Of a DNA stretch of 64,000 nt, positions 1 to 9,837 are shown piece after piece. Position numbers and translations under genes: made by a program. Within the stretch, counting starts at the first letter, position 1. Every line of letters begins with the position of its first letter. Origin of the DNA: an uncultured Eubacteriales bacterium. Lineage in GTDB: Bacteria > Bacillota > Clostridia > Christensenellales > UBA1242. The stretch covers positions 21,107 to 85,106 of the forward strand of contig CAPRTS010000003.1 of the NCBI GenBank assembly GCA_948695535.1, read 5' to 3'. The notes beneath the pieces are model-generated. The model was not told where the DNA came from. It searched no databases and saw nothing but the letters and a program-made list of their open reading frames with translations.

Positions 1-2
1 AA

Positions 3-161
3 AACAAGGCGGGAGATATTAAAGATGTTTTAGTACCTTTAACGGCTGATAAGCGTTGTCAAGGTTGTTACATGGACGTACCCGCCGCAATCACCAGTAA
101 AATTTTGGCTGATGGTTGGGCAGTTTGCGAAGAATGCGGAAGGATAATTTATAAAGCATGA
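3..161 (+). CDS. 3' end of a zinc-ribbon protein (COG1579-like C-terminus), truncated by the window edge
   Basis: Frame 3 is open from the window edge. The tail RCQGCYMDVPAAITSKILADGWAVCEECGRIIYKA carries two CxxC pairs. Its TGA overlaps the next ATG (ATGA at 158-161). Confidence 0.45.
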   Translation, partial: NKAGDIKDVLVPLTADKRCQGCYMDVPAAITSKILADGWAVCEECGRIIYKA

Positions 162-1462
162 AAACTTTGGCGCGCTTTGCCGATTTTTACCAAACAATCA
201 ACGCAACCAGTTCGCGATTGGCAAAAGAAGCGATTTTGGCGGACTACCGTGATGACGACGCAATAAAAGAAATTTTGCAATTTTTATTTAATCCGTTTGT
301 GGTCACTGGCATTAGTGCTAAAAAATTGACTAAATCAGTTGCGCCTGCGGGGCAAACTTGTGACAGTTTACACGCTTTGTTAGTTTATTTTCAAACTCAC
401 AACACGGGGCGTGACGAAGATATTGCGGTACTAAAAGATTTCGCTAACCCTTTACCCCCCGAACAACAAGCTTTGGTTTATGGTCTAATTAAGAAAGATA
501 TAACCTTGGGGGCCAACGAAAAAACTTTGAATAAAGTTTTTGGGGCAGGGTTCATTCCGGTATTTAACGTAATGTTAGCGGAAAAGTATGGCGAAAACCG
601 CGATTACGTTGCGGGTAAAGAGTTCATTGTTACCGAAAAATTTGATGGTGTACGGTGTATGCTGATTTTTAATGACGCCGGTATGCCGACTTTTTTTTCG
701 CGAGCGGGGAAGTCGTTTGATGACATGGTTGAACTTAGCTCTGAGGTGCAACAATTGGATCACGATTTGGTGTATGACGGTGAGTTGTTACTGGGTACAG
801 ACCAAGAAATTGACAGTGCCGACCTTTACCGTATGACTGTGAAAGTTACCGCCAAGGACGGGGAGAAGCGGGGGCTGATTTACAATGTTTTTGACGTTTT
901 GCCGCGTCAAGACTTGTTAGCGGGATATTCGCCCATACCGTGTCGTGAACGCAAAGCAAATTTAAGTAAACAGCTATCAAAGTTGTCTTTACCACACATT
1001 AAAAACGTGCCCATCTTGTATCTTGGTGCTGAGGTGAGTAAAATTGATACAATTTGTGATGAATACACCAAAATGGGACGCGAAGGGGTAATGGTTAATT
1101 TAGCAGATGCACCTTACGAATGCAAACGCACCAAGAATTTATTGAAAGTTAAACGTTTTAATGCCGCCGACGTACGGGTGCTGGCTTGGGAAGAAGGGGC
1201 GGGAGCTAACCAAGGTAAGTTAGGTGCGGTTACTGTCGAATTTCTTGCTCCGGACGGGGAAAAATATCAGTGTAAGGTAGGTAGTGGCTTTGCCAAAGAA
1301 GAACGTGAGTATTTCTTTGCTAATCCATCGGCAATCGTTGGTCATATTATTGAAATAGGTTATTTTGAATTGTCTAAAAATCAAAACGATGCGGGGTATT
1401 CTTTGCGCTTTCCTACTTTTAAATGTTTACGTGACGACAAAGACGAAATTTCGATGCATTAA
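158..1462 (+). CDS. ATP-dependent DNA ligase
   Basis: 434-aa ORF with the adenylation motif I TEKFDGVR (KxDG). Also VYDGELL (motif III), EGVMVN (IV), LLKVKR (V) and a C-terminal OB-like GKLGAVTVEF...KVGSGF. Confidence 0.85.
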   Translation: MKTLARFADFYQTINATSSRLAKEAILADYRDDDAIKEILQFLFNPFVVTGISAKKLTKSVAPAGQTCDSLHALLVYFQTHNTGRDEDIAVLKDFANPLPPEQQALVYGLIKKDITLGANEKTLNKVFGAGFIPVFNVMLAEKYGENRDYVAGKEFIVTEKFDGVRCMLIFNDAGMPTFFSRAGKSFDDMVELSSEVQQLDHDLVYDGELLLGTDQEIDSADLYRMTVKVTAKDGEKRGLIYNVFDVLPRQDLLAGYSPIPCRERKANLSKQLSKLSLPHIKNVPILYLGAEVSKIDTICDEYTKMGREGVMVNLADAPYECKRTKNLLKVKRFNAADVRVLAWEEGAGANQGKLGAVTVEFLAPDGEKYQCKVGSGFAKEEREYFFANPSAIVGHIIEIGYFELSKNQNDAGYSLRFPTFKCLRDDKDEISMH

Positions 1463-1478
1463 CAGGGTGTAAAATTGT

Positions 1479-1506
1479 TTGTCATAGCAAAAAATAATGG
1501 TATAAT
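1479..1506 (+). promoter_or_regulatory. sigma-A-type promoter, predicted leaderless rpoZ transcript
   Basis: TTGTCA (1479-1484), 16-nt spacer with TG extension, TATAAT (1501-1506), then 7 nt to ATG 1514. No SD. Confidence 0.5.
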
Positions 1507-1513
1507 TACTATT

Positions 1514-1732
1514 ATGTTATATCCGAAAATTGAAGATTGTATTGCTAAGGCAGGGAATAGTAAATACGTTTTGGCGGCGATGGTGGCTAAGCGAGCCAAA
1601 GATTTAATTACGCGTAATGCGGGACAGTTTACGGTAGGCAAGGAAAAACAAATTTCTTACGCTATGCGGGAAGTTATGGATGGCCGCTTGTTGCCAGTTT
1701 TTGGTGCTAACCAAACGGCTAACGCTAAATAA
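1514..1732 (+). CDS. rpoZ: DNA-directed RNA polymerase subunit omega
   Basis: MLYPKIEDCIAKAGNSKYVLAAMVAKRAKDL matches the RpoZ N-terminal pattern. The start was chosen at the ATG 7 nt after the TATAAT rather than the longer track ORF (1475). Confidence 0.8.
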   Translation: MLYPKIEDCIAKAGNSKYVLAAMVAKRAKDLITRNAGQFTVGKEKQISYAMREVMDGRLLPVFGANQTANAK

Positions 1733-1735
1733 TTT

Positions 1736-3757
1736 ATGGCTAAATACGCCCAAGTTGTCATTGACGCGGTGTTAAGTGATAACCAAAGTTGGGATTATAC
1801 GATTCCGCCGACATTGTCGGTTACGGCGGGATCGTGTGTTACGGTACCGTTTGGTAAACGGGAAATTGATGGTTACGTGTTAGCGGTTAGTGATCAAACA
1901 AAGGTTGCGGAGGATTCAATTAAACCGCTGACGGCGGTGAAAACTGGTATTAGCATCAAGCCCGAGTTGTTGGCTTTATTACCGCAAATTTGTGCTAAGT
2001 TCAAACTGCGTTACATCGATGTTTTGAAACTGTTTATTCCCAGTGCGGTGCGGGGCGGTAAACCCAAACGCAATGGTGAACGGCGAATTCCCGAATATAT
2101 TCATAAGGCCGACCACAAAGTGGTTTTGAATACGGAACAACAATACGCGGTTGAAACTGTTTTGGCGGGTGGAGAGCGTGTTTTTTTATTAAAAGGCGTA
2201 ACGGGCAGTGGTAAAACCGAAGTCTATATGCACATAATCGAACGGGTTTTGGCAGCGGGCAAAACTGCGTTGGTTTTGGTTCCGGAGATCGGCTTAACTC
2301 CGCAAGTATTAGCCAGTTTTAAGGCACGCTTTGGTGATATTGTGGCAATGTTGCATAGTAAGTTATACGGCGGTGAAAAATTTGACGAATGGCTACGCGT
2401 AAGTCAAGGAGCGGCACGGATCGTTATTGGTGCTAGATCGGCAGTGTTTGCTCCGGTAGAAAATTTAGGCGCGATTATAATTGATGAAGAGCACGACGGC
2501 AGTTACCAAAGTGACAGTAATCCCCGTTATCAAACGCACGATATTGCGATTATGCGTGGTAAATGGCATCATTGTCCGGTCGTTTTAGGGTCGGCAACGC
2601 CTTCGATAGAAAGTTACTATTTGGCTAAACAAGGACAGTACCAATTATTAGAATTGACGAAACGAGCCAATGCCGTACCCTTGCCGCCGATTACGTTAGT
2701 TGATATGGCTCACGAAATCCGTTCGGGCAATGGCGGTATTTTTGGTAGGGAAGTGTTAGCGTCATTGTTGCAAACCTTAAAAGCTGGTAATTCGGCTATG
2801 GTGTTTTTGAACCGTCGTGGCTATTCACAAAGTGTGCGTTGTTTACAGTGTGGCTGGACGGCTAAGTGTGAAAACTGTGATGTTTCTATGGTCTATCACC
2901 GCGATGATGAGCAATTGAAATGCCATTATTGTGCGGCGCGGTTACCATTTCCACCACGCTGTCCGCAATGCGGTGGTACCTACCTTAAACATGGCGCTAT
3001 GGGAACACAAAAGATTTGTGCTGAGTTAGAAAAATTGTTATCCCAAGCCGGATTGATAAACGTCCCGGTTTTGCGCATGGATACTGATAATACTCAAGGA
3101 AAAGGCACCTTAGTGAAAATTTTGGAAAAATTTGCCAATTCGTCACCGGCCGTCTTAGTAGGAACGCAAATGATTGCCAAGGGACACCATTTTCCACGGG
3201 TAGACTTGGTGTGCGTAGTTAACGCGGACGGTGGTTTTGTGGCTGACTATCGTGCCAGTGAACGTACTTTTGCTTTGTTGACGCAAGTAGCGGGGAGAGC
3301 AGGGCGAGAAATTGGTACAACCGGCAAAGTGTATATCCAAACCTACATGCCTAACCATTACGTTTATAAATTTGTGCAAAATTACGATTATCCCGGTTTT
3401 TACCAACGAGAGATTGCTGCCCGTCAAGCAACTAAGTATCCGCCGTACGCGACGATTGTGCGGGTGTTGGTATCAGGAACCGTTGATACTAAAATTATTG
3501 AAGTAATTAAAACTATGATGGTGCCTTTGCGTGACTATGATGCGCAACGTAGTGCGTTTATTTATTTGGGAGCAATGAAGTGTCCGTACGGCCGATTACA
3601 AAACAAGTTTCGCTACCAAATTTTGGCTCGCATTCGTCAAGATATGGCCACTGCTACAATTGATTTTATGGAACAAGTTGTACGCAACACAGAAACACAA
3701 TCATTAGCGCGTAGTGTTAAAATCTTTTTTGAAATAAACCCAGCCAATTTGTCGTAA
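1736..3757 (+). CDS. priA: primosomal protein N' (replication restart helicase PriA)
   Basis: Walker A GVTGSGKTEVY, DEEHD box, and the Cys-rich zinc region CLQCGW..CENCD..CHYC..CPQCGG. Confidence 0.9.
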   Translation: MAKYAQVVIDAVLSDNQSWDYTIPPTLSVTAGSCVTVPFGKREIDGYVLAVSDQTKVAEDSIKPLTAVKTGISIKPELLALLPQICAKFKLRYIDVLKLFIPSAVRGGKPKRNGERRIPEYIHKADHKVVLNTEQQYAVETVLAGGERVFLLKGVTGSGKTEVYMHIIERVLAAGKTALVLVPEIGLTPQVLASFKARFGDIVAMLHSKLYGGEKFDEWLRVSQGAARIVIGARSAVFAPVENLGAIIIDEEHDGSYQSDSNPRYQTHDIAIMRGKWHHCPVVLGSATPSIESYYLAKQGQYQLLELTKRANAVPLPPITLVDMAHEIRSGNGGIFGREVLASLLQTLKAGNSAMVFLNRRGYSQSVRCLQCGWTAKCENCDVSMVYHRDDEQLKCHYCAARLPFPPRCPQCGGTYLKHGAMGTQKICAELEKLLSQAGLINVPVLRMDTDNTQGKGTLVKILEKFANSSPAVLVGTQMIAKGHHFPRVDLVCVVNADGGFVADYRASERTFALLTQVAGRAGREIGTTGKVYIQTYMPNHYVYKFVQNYDYPGFYQREIAARQATKYPPYATIVRVLVSGTVDTKIIEVIKTMMVPLRDYDAQRSAFIYLGAMKCPYGRLQNKFRYQILARIRQDMATATIDFMEQVVRNTETQSLARSVKIFFEINPANLS

Positions 3758-3765
3758 ATATAGGT

Positions 3766-5046
3766 ATGGTTCCGGTAGTGGTGGGGCGATCTAAGTCACA
3801 ACGTAAAGTGCGTCGCAAAATGAAACAGCGACGTAAACAACGTCGCCTTGATATTCAAAAAATTGTTGTTAAAATACATAAAATTACCCCAAGATATTGT
3901 GATTTAACGTTGCTTTTGGCAGTTTTGGGACTGACAACCTTTGGTATTTTTATGATTTATTCAGCATCACATTACAACGCTACGGTTTATTATGATGACC
4001 CCTTTTATTACACAGTCAAACAGTTGATTGGTTTAGTAATGGGGGTAATTGGCATTGGTGTCATGTATTTTATTGATTACCATACTTGGCAAAAGTTGGC
4101 GTACTTGATTTTTGGAACGGCAGTATTATTGTTGGTGGTGGTTTTTATCCCCGGTATTGGTATCAACAAGTTAGGGGCAACTCGTTGGGTAGGCGTCGGT
4201 AGTTTTTCTTTACAACCCAGTGAAATCGCTAAATTTGCTTTCGTAATTTTTGCCGCCAAAATTTTTGCGTTGCAACCTAAGGTAAAGACCGTTATGCAAG
4301 CAACCGGAACGGAAACGTCATCTATAAAAGTAACTGACCGCCTGCCAGCACCACGCTGGTGGCAAATTATCGCCGTATTGGCGGCGGGTGGTCTACTGTG
4401 TTTGTTGATCATCTTAGAACCAAATATGTCGATTACCATGACCGTAGGCATTATCATGTTGGTGGTGTTGTTCTTGTGTGGCGTGCGGTTAAAGACTTTG
4501 GCGTTAATTCTGTTACCGGCTTTGGCTGCTGTGGCCGTGATGTTAGTGGCAGAACCATACCGGTTGAAACGTCTGTCGGCGTTCATCGACCCGTGGGCCA
4601 ATCCCAAAGGGGAAGGTTTCCAGTTGATTCAAAGTCTTTATGGCATCGCTAATGGCGGTTTTTGGGGCGTGGGGTATGGTAACAGTGTGCAAAAAAATAT
4701 GTTTTTGCCGTTCGCGGAAAGCGACTTTATCTTTGCCATTATTGCGGAAGAATTCGGTTTAATTGGTTGCTTGGGGTTGTTTGCGGTGTTCGGTTTGATT
4801 ATTTATAAAATTTTCCGCATTGGTACGCAGTGCCGTGACTATTTTGGTCGCTATTTGTGTTTCGGCATTGGTACAGTCATCATGGTGCAAGCGGGGTTGA
4901 ACTTCGCAGTATCGACCGGTTGCATTCCGCCGACGGGGTTGCCATTACCGTTTATTTCGTTCGGTGGCACCAGTTTATTGGTGTTCATGATGGCGATTGG
5001 CATCGTGCTAAATGTAGACAAGCAAAACAAAAAGATGCTATCCTAA
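3766..5046 (+). CDS. SEDS-family peptidoglycan polymerase (FtsW/RodA/SpoVE family)
   Basis: Polytopic membrane protein with SEDS-like segments (SLQPSEIAKF, LEPNMS, FAESDFIFAIIAEEFG, GLPLPFISFGGTS). Basic N-terminal extension. Start uncertain. Confidence 0.85.
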   Translation: MVPVVVGRSKSQRKVRRKMKQRRKQRRLDIQKIVVKIHKITPRYCDLTLLLAVLGLTTFGIFMIYSASHYNATVYYDDPFYYTVKQLIGLVMGVIGIGVMYFIDYHTWQKLAYLIFGTAVLLLVVVFIPGIGINKLGATRWVGVGSFSLQPSEIAKFAFVIFAAKIFALQPKVKTVMQATGTETSSIKVTDRLPAPRWWQIIAVLAAGGLLCLLIILEPNMSITMTVGIIMLVVLFLCGVRLKTLALILLPALAAVAVMLVAEPYRLKRLSAFIDPWANPKGEGFQLIQSLYGIANGGFWGVGYGNSVQKNMFLPFAESDFIFAIIAEEFGLIGCLGLFAVFGLIIYKIFRIGTQCRDYFGRYLCFGIGTVIMVQAGLNFAVSTGCIPPTGLPLPFISFGGTSLLVFMMAIGIVLNVDKQNKKMLS

Positions 5047-5049
5047 GGC

Positions 5050-5601
5050 ATGCCTTCACAAATTACGCATTTAGCGATTGCCAAACACTACTTGGCTTTG
5101 CACCCGCACCAAATTAAAGACGTGCAACGTTTTCTGGACGGCAGTGTCTTACCCGATTTGACGCCCGATAAGGCTGCCAGTCACTGTGGGGTACGCACCG
5201 AAAAGTACGACATCGTTAAACGCAATCGCGAAAAGGTTAACCCCGAATTGTACCGCACAACACACGCGATGAATGACGATTTTAATAAAGGCTGGTATTT
5301 ACATTTATTGACCGATGACCAGTATTATAATTACTTTTTGCGGTCATATTTTGCCGGTGTCGATATGCAACAAGCGTCGATTGATATGTACGAAACTACG
5401 CAACGCGATAATGCGCATTTAATTGCTAAGTACGGCGTTGGTTATGCGGATACGACCGTCGCCCAAGCGTTAATTGACATCAATTTGGCCTACGACCATG
5501 AGCATCACCAACGTTACGGTTATGATTATCAGTTCACGATCCCGTATACGTTGGCGGAGCTGGACGCGTTTGTTGAGCAAATGGCTACCAAGCTGGTTTA
5601 A
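5050..5601 (+). CDS. hypothetical protein (His-rich; weak resemblance to the zinc-dependent phospholipase C-like fold)
   Basis: 183-aa ORF starting 4 nt after the SEDS stop. N-terminus MPSQITHLAIAKHY plus several conserved-looking His/Asp. Family assignment is tentative. Confidence 0.5.
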   Translation: MPSQITHLAIAKHYLALHPHQIKDVQRFLDGSVLPDLTPDKAASHCGVRTEKYDIVKRNREKVNPELYRTTHAMNDDFNKGWYLHLLTDDQYYNYFLRSYFAGVDMQQASIDMYETTQRDNAHLIAKYGVGYADTTVAQALIDINLAYDHEHHQRYGYDYQFTIPYTLAELDAFVEQMATKLV

Positions 5602-6041
5602 TTTTGTAATTTATCAATAAAAAGAATTCCGTCCATGTGGTCCATTTCGTGACCGCAACAAACAGCATCGCGACCGTGAAAAGTTTGGGTGTGAGACTTG
5701 CCGTCGCGGTCTTGGTAGTCGATGGTTACTAAGTGTGGGCGGCGAACCCGACCGCTAATTCCCGGGCAGGACAGACAGCCTTCGCTGGACACGCGCGGAT
5801 TTTTTGCTGTCTTGATTACCGGGTTGATAATTTCTACAATGCCGAATTCGTCAGTTAGTAGTACGGCCATGCGGTATAATACACCGACTTGGACGGCGGC
5901 GATGCCTACGCCATTGGCGTGCAACATAGTTTCTTGCATATCGTCCAATAAAGTATGTAAACGGGGTGAAAAATCCGTAACCAGTTTGCTGTGTTTGCGG
6001 AGTAGTGGGTCGCCTTCTTTAATAATCGTTAATCTTGCCAT
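5598..6041 (-). CDS. def: peptide deformylase
   Basis: Motifs GVGIAAVQVG, EGCLSCPG and HEMDHMDG. Start set at MARLTII, which lies 7 nt after a TATAAT. Confidence 0.9.
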   Translation of the reverse strand: MARLTIIKEGDPLLRKHSKLVTDFSPRLHTLLDDMQETMLHANGVGIAAVQVGVLYRMAVLLTDEFGIVEIINPVIKTAKNPRVSSEGCLSCPGISGRVRRPHLVTIDYQDRDGKSHTQTFHGRDAVCCGHEMDHMDGILFIDKLQN

Positions 6042-6048
6042 CGTTATT

Positions 6049-6077
6049 ATTATAACACCAGATGTGGTGTCTGACAA
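6049..6077 (-). promoter_or_regulatory. promoter of def, predicted leaderless
   Basis: On the minus strand: TTGTCA (6077-6072), N17, TGtTATAAT (hexamer 6054-6049), N7, ATG 6041. Confidence 0.5.
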
Positions 6078-6135
6078 TTAAAAAATAAATATATATAGTA
6101 TTTATTATGATAATAATAAATACAAGATATAGTTT

Positions 6136-6164
6136 TTGCCGAGTTGGGGGTAAAGTGTTATAAT
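6136..6164 (+). promoter_or_regulatory. promoter of fmt, predicted leaderless
   Basis: TTGCCG (6136-6141), N17, TGtTATAAT (hexamer 6159-6164), N7, ATG 6172. No SD. Confidence 0.5.
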
Positions 6165-6171
6165 TATAAAT

Positions 6172-7089
6172 ATGAAGATTGTTTTTATGGGGACGCCGCA
6201 ATTTGCTGCCGACGTGTTGGCGGGGATTTTGTCGCACCATGAAGTGGTTGGCGTGGTGACGCAACCCGACGCGGCGGTAGGTCGTGGTCAACAGGTGCAA
6301 TTTAATCCCGTGAAGCGGTTAGCGCTGGCGAACGGTATTCCGGTTCTGCAACCGCCTAAAATCAGTTTGGATTTGGAACCGTTATTGGCTTGGCAACCCG
6401 AAATTATTGTGACCTGTGCTTTTGGTCAAATTTTACGCCAAAATGTTTTGGACGCGGCGCCACACGGGGTAATTAACGTTCACGGCAGTTTATTGCCACG
6501 CTACCGTGGGGCGGCCCCAATCCAGTGGGCGGTGATTAACGGTGAAACGACCACGGGCATCACCATTGCGCAAACCGAGTTGGGGTTAGACTGTGGGGCG
6601 ATTATTCAGCAAGTTACTACACCAATTGCCCCCAAAGAAACCGCGGGCGATTTGTTTGCCCGGTTACCCAGTATCGCTATTGAGGCTTTATTAACCGCGT
6701 TGGACGCCATCGCGCACGGCACGGCAACCTTTACCCCGCAAGACGACCGTCAAGCCACCAACGCCCCGATGTTGAACAAGACTATGGCCAAAATTGATTG
6801 GCACCAAGACGCGACTAAGATCGCTAATTTGGTGCGCGGTTTGAACCCGTGGCCAGTAGCGTACTTTAATTTGGCTGGTGCGTCCGTAAAAGTTTACGCA
6901 GCAACGGCAGTAGATGGTAATGCTATCGCCGGAACGGTGGTAAATTGTGACCCGAAAAACGGCTTGGTGATTGGTTGTGGTCGTGGTTGTTTGCGTATTG
7001 ACCAATTACAATTAGCGGGTAAAAAGGTTACCACTGGGGCGGCCTTTTGTAACGGTCGTGACCTTAAAAACGTGAAAATTGACGGGTAG
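6172..7089 (+). CDS. fmt: methionyl-tRNA formyltransferase
   Basis: MKIVFMGTPQFAA start, HGSLLPRYRGAAPIQWA motif, and a C-terminal Fmt domain. Confidence 0.9.
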   Translation: MKIVFMGTPQFAADVLAGILSHHEVVGVVTQPDAAVGRGQQVQFNPVKRLALANGIPVLQPPKISLDLEPLLAWQPEIIVTCAFGQILRQNVLDAAPHGVINVHGSLLPRYRGAAPIQWAVINGETTTGITIAQTELGLDCGAIIQQVTTPIAPKETAGDLFARLPSIAIEALLTALDAIAHGTATFTPQDDRQATNAPMLNKTMAKIDWHQDATKIANLVRGLNPWPVAYFNLAGASVKVYAATAVDGNAIAGTVVNCDPKNGLVIGCGRGCLRIDQLQLAGKKVTTGAAFCNGRDLKNVKIDG

Positions 7090-7586
7090 TGGAAAATATG
7101 GGCAAAGTAATTCTAATTTGTGGAAAAATTGCCTGTGGTAAAACATACTATGCCAATAATCTGGCGCAAAAAGTAAAAGCCATAATTTTATCTTGTGACG
7201 AAGTTACTAGCAGGTTATTTGCTAACAATTTAGGTTACAAACACAACCTTATGTCGAAAAATATTCAGCAATACTTGCTTAAAAAATCTGTGGAGTTAGT
7301 CAAATTAGACTGTAACGTTATTTTAGATTGGGGATTTTGGACAGCCGAAGATCGGCAATACTTGCGTAAATTTTATCGGTCGCAAGATATAGCCTGTGAA
7401 TGGCATTATCTGGCGATTGATGAACGTTCGTGGCGAAAAAACATTGAAGAACGTAACCAGCAGGTTTTGGCGGGTAATGGTGGTTCCGCATTCTATGTCG
7501 ATGACGGACTGATGAAAAAATTATTGTCCCAATGGAAAACTCCCTGCCAAGACGAAATTGATGTGTGGTATACCGTTAAACGGTAA
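7089..7586 (+). CDS. P-loop NTPase / small kinase-like protein
   Basis: Walker A ICGKIACGKTY near the N-terminus in a 165-aa ORF. The GTG at 7089 overlaps the fmt stop. Alternative ATG at 7098. Confidence 0.6.
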   Translation: MENMGKVILICGKIACGKTYYANNLAQKVKAIILSCDEVTSRLFANNLGYKHNLMSKNIQQYLLKKSVELVKLDCNVILDWGFWTAEDRQYLRKFYRSQDIACEWHYLAIDERSWRKNIEERNQQVLAGNGGSAFYVDDGLMKKLLSQWKTPCQDEIDVWYTVKR

Positions 7587-7587
7587 A

Positions 7588-7833
7588 CTATTTCCTAAGG
7601 TGGGCGGTAATGATGGTGAAACAGCTGGCGTTAATCGTGATGATAATTTGGTCGCTGGCACAATACCAATTTTTGCCTTGGTGTGAAATTTTGCAGCGCG
7701 GATTTAGGATTTGGTCATGACAAAATTTCACCACGTCGTTGGTAGCTAGGTTAAGATTATTTTTAATTCTTGCCGCGCCCATAGGGGTAGTGTGCAAGCG
7801 GTCAAGGTTGGCGAATAACGTCGCTTCATTCAT
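7588..7833 (-). CDS. DUF3781-like small protein
   Basis: 81 aa. LHTTPMGAARIKNNL...GKNWY...ITINASCFTIITAH matches my recollection of the DUF3781 pattern. Confidence 0.65.
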   Translation of the reverse strand: MNEATLFANLDRLHTTPMGAARIKNNLNLATNDVVKFCHDQILNPRCKISHQGKNWYCASDQIIITINASCFTIITAHLRK

Positions 7834-8656
7834 TTGCTAAACAACCTTTTTCGGTCTTATGGGCAAAATGTCGCCACAAGAGAAAAACAGCAATTGCCGA
7901 GTAGGTTACGGCAACCGTGATGATGGTGGGTGTGGTAAAGACGGCGGGTGAGACAAAGCAAAAGGCGATACTGCAACAATCGACTAAGAGATGGGTAGTA
8001 ACCGCTAGCCACAGATTGTTGGATCTTTTGTAAATTACACCTAAGATTATACCTAAGGCAATTGTCCAAATAATGCGGCACACGATGGTGAGTGCGTTTT
8101 GCCCAAGCATGCCGAAAATATGACCCAACCCAAATAATAATGAAGCAATAATAATCGCCAGCAACGTGGCGTGTTTGGTTTTGTGAGCAATTCTTTCAAT
8201 GATATTCAGTAACAAGGCGCGCACGTACAATTCTTCAATAACACTAACGCCGATGTAATATACTAAGCCTTCGACAATGATTTTTTCTGCTGACGGGGTG
8301 TAGTTGAAGTGACCAATTAAACCTAACGAAAAAACCAGTGCCGAAACGGTAATTAGCATTATCATTGGTAATAAAAAGGTACGCCAGCCACTCCGGAAAT
8401 TGGTTAGCCCCATGGCTTTGAAAAGATTGGGACATAGGTAGCGCAGGGCAATTAAACTGCCGGTAATGACTAACCATTGGTTGATCATAATGGTGAAAAT
8501 AATGGGGGTGATATCGGTTACGTTAATATTGACAAATAGCACAGCCGGGAAAGCGGTAATGTCCATTATGGTCATGCACACGCAAATAATACTGGCCCAA
8601 ATCACTTCTTTGGTGGGAATTAGCGGTTTTTCTGGCCCTTTTGGCGTATGATTCAT
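7826..8656 (-). CDS. CPBP family intramembrane glutamic endopeptidase (CAAX/Abi family)
   Basis: Multi-TM protein with EELYVRALL (EExxxR) and LLFGLGH motifs. Confidence 0.8.
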   Translation of the reverse strand: MNHTPKGPEKPLIPTKEVIWASIICVCMTIMDITAFPAVLFVNINVTDITPIIFTIMINQWLVITGSLIALRYLCPNLFKAMGLTNFRSGWRTFLLPMIMLITVSALVFSLGLIGHFNYTPSAEKIIVEGLVYYIGVSVIEELYVRALLLNIIERIAHKTKHATLLAIIIASLLFGLGHIFGMLGQNALTIVCRIIWTIALGIILGVIYKRSNNLWLAVTTHLLVDCCSIAFCFVSPAVFTTPTIITVAVTYSAIAVFLLWRHFAHKTEKGCLANE

Positions 8657-8722
8657 GATTGTAATAATTTAACCCGTAAACCAATGTCCGACAAGTATTT
8701 TATGGTCGGCACGCTAATTACC

Positions 8723-8751
8723 TTGCGAATTGGGGTGTTTATTGGTACAAT
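8723..8751 (+). promoter_or_regulatory. promoter of rlmN, very short or no leader
   Basis: TTGCGA (8723-8728), N17, TGgTACAAT (hexamer 8746-8751), N9, ATG 8761. No SD. Confidence 0.5.
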
Positions 8752-8760
8752 AGACCCAAG

Positions 8761-9837
8761 ATGCAGTATTTGTACGATTTGAACTTAGCGGAATTGCAAC
8801 AAGCCTTGATTGCGCACGGGGTACCGAAATTTCACGCGGGGCAAATCTTTACCGCGTTACACCAAGGTGTGGCGGTCGACGATATTACCAATATCAGTAA
8901 GGACTTGCGCGCGTGGTTAAAGCAAAATTACCGTTGCGACTTGCCAACCATAGTGACGGAAAAGCGGTCGGTTGATGGGACAAAAAAGTACCTTTTGTCG
9001 TACCAAGACGGTGAACGTACGGATTTAATCGAGTGTGTTTTTTTGACCCAAAATTATGGTAATACGGTTTGTGTGTCGACGCAGGTTGGTTGCCGTATGG
9101 GGTGCCAATTTTGCGCCAGTGGTAAAAACGGGTTAGTGCGTAACTTATCGGCCGGCGAAATTTTGGCGGAAGTCATTTTGGTGAATAAATTAAACGCTAC
9201 CGATAAGGTTCGAGGCGTAACCAACATAGTGTTGATGGGGTCGGGTGAGCCGTTAGACAACTTTGACAATGTGATGCGTTTCTTGGCGTTGGTTACCAGT
9301 GCGGACGGCATCAATATCAGCGCCCGTAATATCAGTTTATCGACTTCGGGGTTGGTACCACAAATTAAAAAGTTTGCCGACTTGGGTACCCAAGTTAATT
9401 TGTGTATTTCATTACATGCCCCCAACGACGTTTTGCGCCAGCAAATTATGCCAATTGCCAAGCGGTATAGCGTGGCAGAAATAATTGATGCCGCGAAATA
9501 TTTTTTTCAAAAAACTCACCGGCGGGTAATCTTTGAGTATTCCTTAATGCTGAAAGACGGCGTTCCGTTCAACTGTAACGTAGCGCAAGCCCGCGAATTA
9601 GCCAATTTAGTGCGTGGTTTTCCCGCCCATATCAATTTGATTAACCTTAATCCGTTGCGGTTTGCGCCCGGGGCGGTCTTAACGCCACCCAGTCGTCCCG
9701 TCGCGATGGCTTTTATGGACGCAGTAATCAAAAGTGGGGTTTCGTGCACGATGCGAAAAAACAAAGGTGATGATATCGACGGGGCGTGTGGGCAATTACG
9801 CCTGCAACATTTGGCTAATTTACCAAGTCAAAGTTAA
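8761..9837 (+). CDS. rlmN: 23S rRNA/tRNA adenine-C2 methyltransferase RlmN (radical SAM)
   Basis: Radical SAM cluster motif CVSTQVGCRMGCQFCASG, GSGEPLDN, and C-terminal GDDIDGACGQL. Confidence 0.9.
   Translation: MQYLYDLNLAELQQALIAHGVPKFHAGQIFTALHQGVAVDDITNISKDLRAWLKQNYRCDLPTIVTEKRSVDGTKKYLLSYQDGERTDLIECVFLTQNYGNTVCVSTQVGCRMGCQFCASGKNGLVRNLSAGEILAEVILVNKLNATDKVRGVTNIVLMGSGEPLDNFDNVMRFLALVTSADGINISARNISLSTSGLVPQIKKFADLGTQVNLCISLHAPNDVLRQQIMPIAKRYSVAEIIDAAKYFFQKTHRRVIFEYSLMLKDGVPFNCNVAQARELANLVRGFPAHINLINLNPLRFAPGAVLTPPSRPVAMAFMDAVIKSGVSCTMRKNKGDDIDGACGQLRLQHLANLPSQS

Noticed and set aside
4077-4607. 176-aa minus-strand ORF inside the SEDS gene.
   Set aside because: It is antisense to a well-supported polytopic membrane protein gene and has no initiation signals.
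6078-6135. Very AT-rich stretch between def and fmt, considered as an origin- or dif-like site.
   Set aside because: No DnaA-box (TTATCCACA-like) clusters and no convincing dif-like palindrome. It is adequately explained as a divergent promoter region.
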